Shown: positions 18,138 to 27,391 of the stretch, one piece after another
How positions within the stretch are numbered: the stretch's first letter is position 1
How the letters are laid out: each line of letters opens with the position of its first letter
Virus record (IMG/VR): IMGVR_UViG_3300020256_000017
Direction: 5' to 3' (one strand)
Length of the DNA: 43,346 nt
Source: an uncultured virus (IMG/VR IMGVR_UViG_3300020256_000017)
Taxonomy: Duplodnaviria > Heunggongvirae > Uroviricota > Caudoviricetes
Program-made: the position numbers and the translations under genes
The notes under the pieces: generated by a model
What the model was told of the DNA's origin: nothing
The model's input: the letters and a program-made list of their open reading frames with translations, nothing else
The model's database searches: none

Positions 18138-19559
18138 TTAACTAAATGCCATAGATATCTGCGCGTTCATGGCGTGCTTGACACTTCGAATCATCATTCT
18201 GGCCACATTAACACCATGAAAATAAACAATGGATTGACCCATTCCTTCATGTGCCACTGTTTCAGAGCAGTGATCTGCTAAGTGTGATGGAATACGCTTG
18301 CTTTTCGCATGCTCGCTCTTTGATAAGCGGCGGTAATACCCTTTTCCTTCTTTGTCGCTCGGTGCGCCTTCAATGTGAGGTTGCGACGTCTGATGCTTCG
18401 TGTAATTGCGAAGTATAGAGCGCATGTTTTCAGTATTTTCGTCCACCCAATACACCGAAAAGTTACGGCCATTTTCTTTGTTGAGTTGGTCACGCTTAAG
18501 CAGTGGCGCTTTGTCAAACCACGCTGAATCGTCAGCCGGTTCCATAATGTCACCAAGTGTATTATGGATACGTGGCGTGTCCATAGGAACCAATTCGTCG
18601 GGGTCGACAGCGAGACCTTCGCTGTACGCGACCATCCAGTAACGCTTTCGCATATCAATGGCACCACTTTGCGCTTGGGCAAGTTGGTATTCTTTAAACA
18701 GGTAGCCTCGACGCTTAAGCTCTTTTCGTAGTAGTTCATACGTAGCGGAGTGCTGCGCATCAGGTACATTTTCGCTGATCAGTATAGCGGGATTGGTAGC
18801 CTCAATGATGGATACTACGCCGAATAAAGAGGTGACTTCATCCGCTTGCTCAGCGGTTTTAATCTGTTTTTTTGCTTTGCCTTGTGCGGAGTGATTGGTG
18901 CATGCTATAGAGAATGAAAACACATCTACAGGGTCAAGTAACGTCTTTTCAACTTCTTCTACGGTACCGCAAAACAGCGTCGTCCCATTATAAGCAGCAG
19001 GATCGTTCAATGTGGCGATATCCAAATAGCGCGCTTCCATTTCAATGGCCCACTTTTGCTCGGTTTTAACCCCTTCTTGAAGAAATCCCTCGGTGTTGCT
19101 GTGGCGAGAAATGCCAAATCCTAGGAATGCATCACCTTTCGTTACGCGATTTTCTTTAAGGTGTTTCATCAGGCGTGCTTCGCGCTGCGCTTTCTTTAAA
19201 TCGTCAGGGTGAATGCCAAATGAAACCAGACCAGGTGAGCTTAATGCACGAAATCGACTGTGCTCTCCAAATAATGCTGTAATGCTGGCATTACATACGT
19301 CAACGATAGGTTTTACCCACCCGCTCATTTGACGGCGAGACACTTTTCTTAGCTCTTTATTGGCGTAACGTTTACGATTCTCTTCGTTGTCTTCAACGAG
19401 GCGCATGTCTACGTTAAGAGTGCTAGGGTCAAGCGACACCTCATAAAATGAGCCAGGCGCAAATCCGGCACGAAGCAAGGCCATTCCTTCAAGCCAGATG
19501 CGGCGATTACCGTCTTTTTTGCCTAAGTTGTGGTAGCTAACGTTGTTGCCGAAGTACAT
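18138..19559 (-). CDS. Divergent C5-cytosine methyltransferase-like protein with an N-terminal SymE/AbrB-like domain
   Basis: RIWLEG..L.RAGF.PG N-terminus; AFLGFG, IAC (in place of PC), ENVP and RKRYW motifs. Start moved to ATG 19559. Confidence 0.7.
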   Translation of the reverse strand: MYFGNNVSYHNLGKKDGNRRIWLEGMALLRAGFAPGSFYEVSLDPSTLNVDMRLVEDNEENRKRYANKELRKVSRRQMSGWVKPIVDVCNASITALFGEHSRFRALSSPGLVSFGIHPDDLKKAQREARLMKHLKENRVTKGDAFLGFGISRHSNTEGFLQEGVKTEQKWAIEMEARYLDIATLNDPAAYNGTTLFCGTVEEVEKTLLDPVDVFSFSIACTNHSAQGKAKKQIKTAEQADEVTSLFGVVSIIEATNPAILISENVPDAQHSATYELLRKELKRRGYLFKEYQLAQAQSGAIDMRKRYWMVAYSEGLAVDPDELVPMDTPRIHNTLGDIMEPADDSAWFDKAPLLKRDQLNKENGRNFSVYWVDENTENMRSILRNYTKHQTSQPHIEGAPSDKEGKGYYRRLSKSEHAKSKRIPSHLADHCSETVAHEGMGQSIVYFHGVNVARMMIRSVKHAMNAQISMAFS

Positions 19560-19620
19560 GCTGTTATCCTCATCGTGTTGACGTGTACAGAATATCAAGT
19601 GGTGACGGTGCGGTCAACAA
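19560..19620 (-). promoter_or_regulatory. Promoter/leader with GTCAACAC motif (19575-19582)
   Basis: TTGACC-N17-TATTCT-N6-GTCAACAC-gat-GAGGA. Confidence 0.7.
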
Positions 19621-19702
19621 AAATATAAAATAAGACACTGTAGGTGTGAGAAATCAACAAAAAAATTAACTTTAATGTGAACTTTTGGTAATCTTTTCGT
19701 AG

Positions 19703-19852
19703 ACGCTCGGTGGTCACCGGCGATATCGTCTTGATGGCGACGATGAAACCACTTTTGAACAGACACTGTGCCGTGATGTGATGACATTGATGGCGGTTTT
19801 TTCTGCGAAATTATACGGTAGACGTTCACATCAAAAACGTTGTGGTGTATAG
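19703..19852 (+). pseudogene. tnpA: IS607 serine-recombinase TnpA remnant
   Basis: Translates TLGGHRRYRLDGDDETTFEQTLCRDVMTLMAVFSAKLYGRRSHQKRCGV*. The N-terminal GGHRRY motif is joined to the C-terminal FSAKLYGRRS motif; no start codon and no catalytic domain. Confidence 0.8.
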
Positions 19853-19860
19853 TCTGAACT

Positions 19861-21522
19861 ATGCAGACGTCCACATACACCACGCTGATCAAGTCAGCCG
19901 ATATTGATGCCGAAACAGAGAGTTCACTTTCTGCGTATGCGGCGTTGTTCGGGCGTGTGGAACGCAAGCTTTACGCAAGCCTTTGCGCGGATAAAATGAC
20001 GGCCAATGAGCGAAAACGTCACTTTATCAGCACATATCAGATCAGCGCTAGGCAATATAATGCGGTGCTGCGCACGTTAACCGGCAAGCTGGATTCAAAA
20101 CGCGAACTGGATAAGCTTTATCAGGTTGATAAAAAAGAGCGTATCGAAGCGATCTCAAAAACCATTGAGCGACTTCGCGGAAAATCCGATATGCTTTCAA
20201 AAACCGGTGGTGTGCCGTCTGAAATCCAAAAACTCCGCTTTAAAGCGCACCAGAAATCCCGGTATCGGGCCCGGCTATCTACTCAAATTGAGAAAATTGC
20301 GGATAACATCGGCAAGATCCCCGCCATGTGTTTTGGATCGAAAAAGTTGTTTAACAAGCAATTTTTTCTCAAAGAAAATAACCTGAACAACCATGCTGAA
20401 TGGCTTGACGAGTGGCAAAGCTCCCGTTCATCACAGTTCATGGTGCTGGGCTCGAAGGATGAAACCTGCGGCAATCAGGGCGCGCAACTGTACGTTGATA
20501 ACGACGGTGAGTTCAGGTTGTCTTTGCGCCTACCAGATGCTCTGGGTGGCGGTAAAGTTGAGCTGTCAGGTTTCGATTTTAACTACGGAAAGTCCAATAT
20601 ATTAGCGGCCTGTGCGGAGAATGAGCGTCGTCGGGCAGCTAACGTGAAAGCGCTGACCCGTTCGTCACCTTGGGTGAAAGATCGGAAAACCGGTGAGTTG
20701 CGTCCGCAAACCAAAAATGAAGTGTTGTCTTCGTATGGTCAACCCTTAACCATGCGCTTCATGCGCCATAAATTCGGCTGGACACTGGCGATGACCGTCG
20801 AAGAGCCGGCCCCTGAAGAGATAGCAGGAAGCTACGAAAATGGCTGCTTAGGCGTCGATGTTAATGCTGACCACCTAGCCGTGTGCGTCGTCACTCAGGA
20901 TGGTAACAAAAAACATGTCGAAGATATCCCCTGCCCGGCATCCGCCAAAGGACTGACAACTGGGCAACGCATGGCGATGATCGGCGATGCCGTGAAACGT
21001 GTCGTGGAGGTTGCCAAGCAACACCATGTCGGCGTCGGGATTGAAAAACTAGACTTCAGCAGGAAGAAGCAAGCCATGAAGGAAACCGCAAATAAGCATC
21101 ACAGAGCGATGCTGTCCGCCTTTGCGTACGATATGGCGCTGTCGCTGATTGAACGCCGGTGCTACCGCGAGGGCTTACCCTGCAAAGCCGTCAACCCGGC
21201 CATGACATCGATTATCGGAATGTTTAAATACCATTCCACCCAAAATACGACCCATCAGGCCGCCGCGCAAGTCATTGCGCGCCGGACGCTGGGACTCAAA
21301 CATGATCGCATTCGTTTTTCCGTGCCACATAATGTTGGTACACAACTTTGCAGTGCCCGCTCAAAGACCGTGAGTATTGACGGCGGCCCGCTGCAACGTT
21401 GGGGGAAAGTGAAAGCAATTGTGAAGAAACACACTGCTTTGTTCAAACAGCCCGAGAAAACCGGTCCACCGGTTATTCTCACGGTGAACGAACATAAATT
21501 GCAGTGTGTTTCACTGGCGTAG
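19861..21522 (+). CDS. tnpB: TnpB-related RNA-guided RuvC protein
   Basis: RuvC-I GVDVN, RuvC-II IEKLDF, VNPAMTS, non-canonical RuvC-III region HQAAAQVIARR; no zinc finger. Confidence 0.85.
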   Translation: MQTSTYTTLIKSADIDAETESSLSAYAALFGRVERKLYASLCADKMTANERKRHFISTYQISARQYNAVLRTLTGKLDSKRELDKLYQVDKKERIEAISKTIERLRGKSDMLSKTGGVPSEIQKLRFKAHQKSRYRARLSTQIEKIADNIGKIPAMCFGSKKLFNKQFFLKENNLNNHAEWLDEWQSSRSSQFMVLGSKDETCGNQGAQLYVDNDGEFRLSLRLPDALGGGKVELSGFDFNYGKSNILAACAENERRRAANVKALTRSSPWVKDRKTGELRPQTKNEVLSSYGQPLTMRFMRHKFGWTLAMTVEEPAPEEIAGSYENGCLGVDVNADHLAVCVVTQDGNKKHVEDIPCPASAKGLTTGQRMAMIGDAVKRVVEVAKQHHVGVGIEKLDFSRKKQAMKETANKHHRAMLSAFAYDMALSLIERRCYREGLPCKAVNPAMTSIIGMFKYHSTQNTTHQAAAQVIARRTLGLKHDRIRFSVPHNVGTQLCSARSKTVSIDGGPLQRWGKVKAIVKKHTALFKQPEKTGPPVILTVNEHKLQCVSLA

Positions 21523-21612
21523 CTGCTCACGTCAGGCGCGAAAGCGTTGGTTCAAAACTGATGATCAGGTTTGAACGCATTAATTTGAGCGGTTTAATAA
21601 TATTCATGAGGT
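21523..21612 (+). ncRNA. Putative 3' part of the TnpB omegaRNA (scaffold to 21592, then flank-derived guide)
   Basis: CTGCTCA/TGAGCGG closing stem, GAAA-tetraloop hairpin and TTCAAA..CTGA/TCAG..TTTGAA hairpin right after the tnpB stop. Confidence 0.5.
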
Positions 21613-21631
21613 CAACACTCGTGTAGGCCAC
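21595..21631 (+). promoter_or_regulatory. Leader with GTCAACAC motif (21611-21618)
   Basis: TAATAT-N7-GTCAACAC-tcgtgt-AGG...ATG. Confidence 0.55.
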
Positions 21632-22342
21632 ATGAAGACAGCCAACGTGTTGCCTTTTGACATTAAACCTGGAGGGCGATTGCCGTTAAAGCAGGTGGTG
21701 TATCTTACTAGCAGCTGCTGTGAAAATGCTGAAAACGTCAGTCAGTATTATATGGAAGCCAACAATCTCGATTTTTCAAATACAATTGAAGACGGTCATT
21801 ATGTCTTTTATCCTTTAAGTGAAGAGGAATCCTCTTACATTGCAGAGGATAATGTCCTTGTCGGTACGGCAAGTGATAAGCTTAACGTAATGACAGGTTA
21901 TAGTGTATTGATCGACAACAAGAAGTTTATTGCGTTGGCGCATGAAGTGTACTATGAAGAAGGCTATGCGTTTTTGCCACAAAAACCGCAAGCGCTGGCG
22001 TTACACAAAGAAGAGGCCCTCGCCTTACAGGCGATGTCCGAAAACCTAGGCGGATTCATTGCTTACTCTGATGAACCCGAATATGATGACGAAGATGAAG
22101 GCCTGGGACATTACCTGACATTGCTTTGCATCCCTTTTTCTGAAGTGGCCCAAAGAGTCAATAATTTTGAGGAATGGAGCGTATATCTCCGCCTTTTAGA
22201 TGCAGATGGTTCTGATACCGCATCGAGAAAAGTCATCGACAAGATGCGTCAAGGTAAAACGAGTGCAGATTTGTGGATTAATGGAAGCAATGAAAGCATC
22301 AAGGCTCTCAAAGATAGCTATCTACCAACGCTATTAGATTAA
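21632..22342 (+). CDS. Acidic hypothetical protein
   Basis: 236-aa ORF, D/E-rich (e.g. DEPEYDDEDE). Confidence 0.75.
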   Translation: MKTANVLPFDIKPGGRLPLKQVVYLTSSCCENAENVSQYYMEANNLDFSNTIEDGHYVFYPLSEEESSYIAEDNVLVGTASDKLNVMTGYSVLIDNKKFIALAHEVYYEEGYAFLPQKPQALALHKEEALALQAMSENLGGFIAYSDEPEYDDEDEGLGHYLTLLCIPFSEVAQRVNNFEEWSVYLRLLDADGSDTASRKVIDKMRQGKTSADLWINGSNESIKALKDSYLPTLLD

Positions 22343-22400
22343 CCTCTATGAGGCCTGCGTGCGTTGCAGGCCTTAACCGAAACTTAGATTAATAAAAACA

Positions 22401-22468
22401 TTGACAATGGCAACACTCTCAGGTAGATTGTTGATTATGCAGTCAACACAACCAGTTTAGAGGCACTT
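22401..22468 (+). promoter_or_regulatory. Promoter with near-palindrome TGTTGAT-N6-GTCAACA and GTCAACAC motif (22442-22449)
   Basis: TTGACA-N17-TAGATT, then the palindrome, then SD GAGG. Confidence 0.7.
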
Positions 22469-23686
22469 ATGCTACCAGTACAACTTACATTCGAAGATAA
22501 CGAAAAACTTAATGCGCTTTACAATGCGCTTCGTGTAAAGAAAGATTTAACTTTCTACGTCACAGAAGGGCGTGAAGGGGAGCGACTTACTTATGTGGGT
22601 AAGGTGCCAATGGATACCTTGATTGAGGGATTCCCTCGGGTGCCTCAGGATATTGATATGCCGTCTCACATCATGATCCAGCGAGACTTAGACCATTCCC
22701 GCGCAAATGGCGTGGCAAATTATGTGAAAGATAACACCGCTGTGTTTATTTTTCCGGGACTGATGGCTATTGTAGAGGATTTCACATTAACGCCGGTTGT
22801 CGGGAATGTGTATGCGCTAACAATACCTGCGGAAAGTTTTCGCTATTTAGTGGACGGGCAAGGTCGACGCGGTGGTATTGAAATCTTAATGCAATCGAAA
22901 TTTGATGACATTGATTTGTCGGAACAGCACTTTGACGTGAAGTTTATTCGCTCAATGGGTGCCACAAAAGACAACCAAATTTGCGTGGATATCAACACAA
23001 GCTCGAAGGCCTTTAATCAGAGCCAAAAAGCAGCCATGGATTCCCGCAAGGTGGTGTCCGTGTTTAGCCGAGAGTTATCTCAACAATCTCCCCTCATGGG
23101 TAATGTGAGCTACACAAAGGCATCCGTTACATCAAGCTCAGAGTCGCCGTATTTATGGACACTCAATCAAATAGGGGCATTCATCCTGAAGCTGACGGGC
23201 ACCACGAAAGCCACCGCTCAGGACCTATTGGAAAAACCAGAGGATCGTGCTTATATCGCAGGGTTTACAAGCAAGTTCTTTTCTGAACTATGCCGAAACC
23301 CTACCTTTGGTCGCGCAATGAACAAAGACATGTCAGCGCCTGATGTAAGAGAGAAGACGGTCATTGGTACCGCCACATTCTTCAAGTCGCTGGCCATTGT
23401 TGCCAAGGTTGTGAAGATGAACTTGGAGGCGAAAGGTCCCGGTAAAGCAGACTGGGGGCTTTTAGACAAGTGGTCGACTATCGACCTTACTCATAACAAC
23501 AAAGAGTGGGTGGGGCGTTGTAAGAACTTCCGTGGTGGCTACGAAGACCGCCCTTGGAACCATAAGGCGGTAGCGTCTTATCTGTTAAAAGAAATGGATA
23601 TTCCTGCACCACCGGAGCTAGATGACATCGAACGTGAAGTGAAGATGTTCCGTGAGCAGTGGAAGCAAGAAGCGAAGGAGGGCTAA
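22469..23686 (+). CDS. dndB: DndB-like DGQHR-domain protein
   Basis: IQRDLD..RA..VANY, IFPG and LVDGQGR (DGQHR variant) motifs. Confidence 0.75.
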   Translation: MLPVQLTFEDNEKLNALYNALRVKKDLTFYVTEGREGERLTYVGKVPMDTLIEGFPRVPQDIDMPSHIMIQRDLDHSRANGVANYVKDNTAVFIFPGLMAIVEDFTLTPVVGNVYALTIPAESFRYLVDGQGRRGGIEILMQSKFDDIDLSEQHFDVKFIRSMGATKDNQICVDINTSSKAFNQSQKAAMDSRKVVSVFSRELSQQSPLMGNVSYTKASVTSSSESPYLWTLNQIGAFILKLTGTTKATAQDLLEKPEDRAYIAGFTSKFFSELCRNPTFGRAMNKDMSAPDVREKTVIGTATFFKSLAIVAKVVKMNLEAKGPGKADWGLLDKWSTIDLTHNNKEWVGRCKNFRGGYEDRPWNHKAVASYLLKEMDIPAPPELDDIEREVKMFREQWKQEAKEG

Positions 23687-23689
23687 GAT

Positions 23690-23989
23690 ATGGCGATTGC
23701 ATTATCTGATTTATCTCGTGGCGTGGTCAATGCTATGGAGTTGCGGTGCCCCGGTTTGACCATGCCAGTAATGAGTATTATTGGAAAAAGTGAGCATGAC
23801 TATACCGTTGTGCTATTCCCCGACAGTGAGCGAAAAGAAGCTGTCACAAGACTAACCGCAAGTGCCAGCGCGCGTGAGTGGGAGGTGGGAAGCGACGGGC
23901 CTTTGCAGGCAGGTGTTCATTCGCTGATCATCTACCATTCGAAAGAGGCTATTGCTTTTGCGAAAGAAAACGCACTCTGTTCAGCCTAG
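23690..23989 (+). CDS. Hypothetical protein
   Basis: Starts 3 nt after the dndB-like stop; SD GGAGG. Confidence 0.65.
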   Translation: MAIALSDLSRGVVNAMELRCPGLTMPVMSIIGKSEHDYTVVLFPDSERKEAVTRLTASASAREWEVGSDGPLQAGVHSLIIYHSKEAIAFAKENALCSA

Positions 23990-24049
23990 CTCTAAACCCG
24001 TCGTTCACTTTGGCGTGATGGTGATAACATCAATAGCAAGGAACATCAG

Positions 24050-24113
24050 ACGTTGACTCTAGGGTCAACGTTTGTTATGATGTGCTTAATACGTCAACAC
24101 GCTAGGAATACCC
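24050..24113 (+). promoter_or_regulatory. Promoter with palindrome ACGTTGAC-N6-GTCAACGT (24050-24071) and GTCAACAC motif (24093-24100)
   Basis: TTGACT-N17-TATGAT; SD AGGA. Confidence 0.7.
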
Positions 24114-27100
24114 ATGTCAGTAAACACAATTCGACCTCAAGATCTTATCGCGGGAATAGATTTAGGTTCTGCAACCTCAGGTCGCGTCGAGGCCGCTGCG
24201 GCTGAAAATAGAGCTTATGCGTTATTCAGAGAGGCCGTAGACAGCATTAAGGTCATCATGACATCCTATGTGTGCGTGTGTGCGACGAGTTTTGGTAAAG
24301 ACAGTACCGTTGTTATGCTGGCAGCTATTCAGGCGCTAAGAGAACTCATTGAAGAAGGGAAAGTGCCTGCGGACCACCCTTTAGTGTTCACGAACATTGA
24401 TACCGGCGTAGAGAATCACTTGGTTCAAATTTTGTCGCTTTATGAACGAGATCGCCTTGTCGCTTTTGGTAAAAAGCAAGGGCTTAACATCGATATGCGA
24501 GTGGGTCTACCTCCTCTTGCTAAGCAGTGGGCGTCTCTTTTCCTTAGTGGTCTTAAAATAATCTCTACGGCACGCGTTAACAATGACTGTAGTCAAATCA
24601 TGAAAGTGGACAATGCTGAGATCATTGAGCGTCAAGTGGCAAAAGATTATGGTAACCGTGTTGTTACCCTGCTTGGTTCTCGCTCAGAAGAGTCTGCTAA
24701 ACGTGCCGCCTCTTTGAAAAAACGTGGGCAAGATACCCTAACAGCAGATGACTTGGTGGAGTGCGACCAAAATAACGAACGTGTATTTGCGCCTATTGTT
24801 AGCATGACCACAGATGAAGTGTGGATTATTCTACGTCGAGCCGGCACTAAGCCACTGGTTGACAGCTACTCGGGCAACGCCCCCATTCCATCATTTGCGA
24901 AGAACCATCGTTTGCTTCATATGATTTACAGCGACTCAAAAGATGGCACTTGCCCAACATCATCAAAACGCCTAAAAGGCGACTCTCAAAAAGCGGGTGG
25001 TTGTGGCGGTAGTGCGCGAACTGGTTGCTACCTGTGTGCAAAAAGTATTACCGATAAGTCTGGTGAAGCGCAAGCGATGCAAAAACGTCACCGTGCTATC
25101 AGCGGCAACATTCTTAAAGTTAGAAACTACATCATGCACGTTGCCCAAGATATTAATAATCGTACATGGCATGCAAGAGCGGTTGATGAAACAACAGGTG
25201 CAGTGGCATTACAGCCAAATGTATTAAACGCCAAAACGATTGATAAAATCATCTGGTTGCTTTGCCAGGCGACACACGACGACCGCATCCGTGCAGAACG
25301 CTTTAAGCAGCTAGTGGCTGATGGGCGAGAAATGGACGATGAAGGTTATGCCGACATTATTAATGATCCTTTGCTCAGTGAAGAAGATCGCGAAGAGTTT
25401 GCAGCGGTATACAAGCAATATGCGCAGCGTCACTTGATAAAACCGATGTCAGCCGATATTTCGTTGTTTTTAAGCCTTATACACTCACGTGATGGTGTTC
25501 GTCTGCCTCACTACCGTGCGATGGCGGTGTGGGACAAAACATATAACGGTGAACGCATCCCTTACCCTGATGTTGACCCGGTAGGTGCGACGGTTGATGA
25601 TATCCCTGATGCCATTATGGTGGTGCCAACGGCGGGCGCGGTGTCACAGCGACCAACAGCCACAATGCCTTTAACCCTAGGCAATGAAAAAGCAGAAAAC
25701 TGTGAGTGGCAGCCAGTGCCAATGAGCTCACGTATGCCAATGCGTGACGCCAATTACTTTCTTAGTCCTAAAGACAGAGAAAAGTATGCGCACCTTCGCC
25801 CATCTGAAACGCTGGATATTAACTTTATTTCAGCCATTGAAGGGGTTGAGCGCTTTTTGTCATCACCTCGAAATGTGGAAAGGAAAATACAGGCATCACG
25901 CCGTGCCAAGAAGAAAGTGAGCCGTAAAGGTGGAGTTATGCGTATCACCGAGCGTGGTCGCACCAGCCTTAATACATACTCTTTTAAAGAGCGTTCTCCG
26001 GTTCCACTTTATAAAGAGGCTGTGACGCAGTCAGTGCCTGTATATGTTCCTGAGTTGAATTATCAACATTGGACAATGGACTACTTCGAGTCAACGGTAA
26101 CGGGTGGATACCAGCTTGACCATATTCGTACCGCAGATTGGATGGAGGTGGATGGGATAGAGCGCGCGCTACAGTTACACGACGAGACTGTGGAACGCCG
26201 CGAAAGCCGAGGCGAAAGTATTTATCAGTACAGCGGTACCCGCGCCTTTGAACAGATGATGCGATTTGGTATTTTTGACCTAACACAAGACAGTAAGCGT
26301 CATGCTGCAAGGATCATCAAGCGCACGGAATATTTTGCGTCGATGGGGCTGTATATGTTGGATGATGACATGCTACGTCAAATGGCGCTTGACGGTGCTG
26401 CTGGAATTCCGATTAAACTGAGCACATATCGACCTGAAATAAAAGCCACTATCGGTCTTGCTATTGATGACGTGATGGATATGAAAGCGTATCGAAGCTA
26501 CAAAGCGAGATATTTACTTGATAACGTAAGAGCACCACGCAACGAAATGCGACGTGCGCTTAAAGAGCGTTACAATCAGTATTGGTCAGATCTTTCTGAC
26601 GGTGTATGCCAGCAGTTGACGCGTTTGTACAACAATCACATTGAAGGCTTTAAGGAAATCACTAATTACTTCGTGATGCTGGATGCCGTGAAAGGTGAGC
26701 TTAAGCATTTTGACCACATCAATGTGCCTCGTGACTGGCTACTATACCACGGTGCAATGACACACTTTATGGACTATTTTTCTTCTCCTGAAGGTTGGTA
26801 TAAGCTACTCGACCGTGATGCGGTGAAGTATTTTGAGGAGAACCCTCTGGCGCGTCTAACGGTAAACAACCACGCGCTAATGATGCACGAAAAAATGGCC
26901 GACATGCAACGAAGTGCCGTGTCGTATGTGAAAGATGCGCTTAACGAAGGTGCGTTCTTAAATACGCTTATGTGCTGGGCTAAGCATCAAAATGATGGCA
27001 CAAGAGAAGCGATGCTTGAGGCGTTGGATGCTCGTGCTGCATTATGGGAGAAAAAAGATAATGCAGCATGTGTGATCCGCAACACGTTTAAACTAAATGA

Positions 27101-27134
27101 TGTCAGTGTGGCACAAGGGGGTGTGCAATGGTAA
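24114..27134 (+). CDS. DndC-like PAPS-reductase/PP-loop Fe-S protein with a long C-terminal extension
   Basis: SFGKDS PP-loop, DTGVE, GSRSEES..RA and CP...CGGSARTGCYLC (compare DndC RFGCWxC). Confidence 0.75.
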   Translation: MSVNTIRPQDLIAGIDLGSATSGRVEAAAAENRAYALFREAVDSIKVIMTSYVCVCATSFGKDSTVVMLAAIQALRELIEEGKVPADHPLVFTNIDTGVENHLVQILSLYERDRLVAFGKKQGLNIDMRVGLPPLAKQWASLFLSGLKIISTARVNNDCSQIMKVDNAEIIERQVAKDYGNRVVTLLGSRSEESAKRAASLKKRGQDTLTADDLVECDQNNERVFAPIVSMTTDEVWIILRRAGTKPLVDSYSGNAPIPSFAKNHRLLHMIYSDSKDGTCPTSSKRLKGDSQKAGGCGGSARTGCYLCAKSITDKSGEAQAMQKRHRAISGNILKVRNYIMHVAQDINNRTWHARAVDETTGAVALQPNVLNAKTIDKIIWLLCQATHDDRIRAERFKQLVADGREMDDEGYADIINDPLLSEEDREEFAAVYKQYAQRHLIKPMSADISLFLSLIHSRDGVRLPHYRAMAVWDKTYNGERIPYPDVDPVGATVDDIPDAIMVVPTAGAVSQRPTATMPLTLGNEKAENCEWQPVPMSSRMPMRDANYFLSPKDREKYAHLRPSETLDINFISAIEGVERFLSSPRNVERKIQASRRAKKKVSRKGGVMRITERGRTSLNTYSFKERSPVPLYKEAVTQSVPVYVPELNYQHWTMDYFESTVTGGYQLDHIRTADWMEVDGIERALQLHDETVERRESRGESIYQYSGTRAFEQMMRFGIFDLTQDSKRHAARIIKRTEYFASMGLYMLDDDMLRQMALDGAAGIPIKLSTYRPEIKATIGLAIDDVMDMKAYRSYKARYLLDNVRAPRNEMRRALKERYNQYWSDLSDGVCQQLTRLYNNHIEGFKEITNYFVMLDAVKGELKHFDHINVPRDWLLYHGAMTHFMDYFSSPEGWYKLLDRDAVKYFEENPLARLTVNNHALMMHEKMADMQRSAVSYVKDALNEGAFLNTLMCWAKHQNDGTREAMLEALDARAALWEKKDNAACVIRNTFKLNDVSVAQGGVQW

Positions 27135-27391
27135 ATGGAAAAAAGGTGCTAAAGGGAATGTTTGACCCTGCTTATATCAGGTGCGTTCTTCCCCACGTTG
27201 GGTGTAAAAGCAAAGATGTGGCGACATGCCTTGAAAATTATCTCATTAATGGAGGTTCCATGGCCAGCTACGCGACAACGCGTGTGAATAGAGACTCTAT
27301 ATTCAGAGCGGTAAAGCGTTTTGAGAAATTACACAATGATGTGCTGAAGGCTAGCGCGATACTAAGTAAAGAAAGCAAAAAGCCTTGCTAA
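27128..27391 (+). CDS. Small regulator resembling the PapB/FocB family
   Basis: L.G.F...S..V...L.NYLI.G pattern and size; overlaps the upstream stop. Confidence 0.45.
   Translation: MVNGKKVLKGMFDPAYIRCVLPHVGCKSKDVATCLENYLINGGSMASYATTRVNRDSIFRAVKRFEKLHNDVLKASAILSKESKKPC

Larger units (their letters stand above)
19645..21592 (+). mobile_element. Non-autonomous IS607-family element (deleted tnpA plus tnpB); left end approximate
   Basis: tnpA remnant directly upstream of tnpB; periodic AACTTT/ATCTTT repeats at 19668-19696; structured right end closing at GG 21591-21592; looks more GC-rich than the flanks. Confidence 0.7.

Noticed and set aside
19614..19967. 117-aa minus-strand ORF
   Set aside because: Antisense shadow of the tnpA remnant and tnpB start.
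19861..21522. Calling the RuvC protein a Cas12 effector
   Set aside because: No CRISPR array or cas genes nearby; the IS607 tnpA remnant identifies it as transposon TnpB.
22469..27134. Complete dndBCDE phosphorothioation system
   Set aside because: No DndD ATPase, DndE or cysteine desulfurase in the window.
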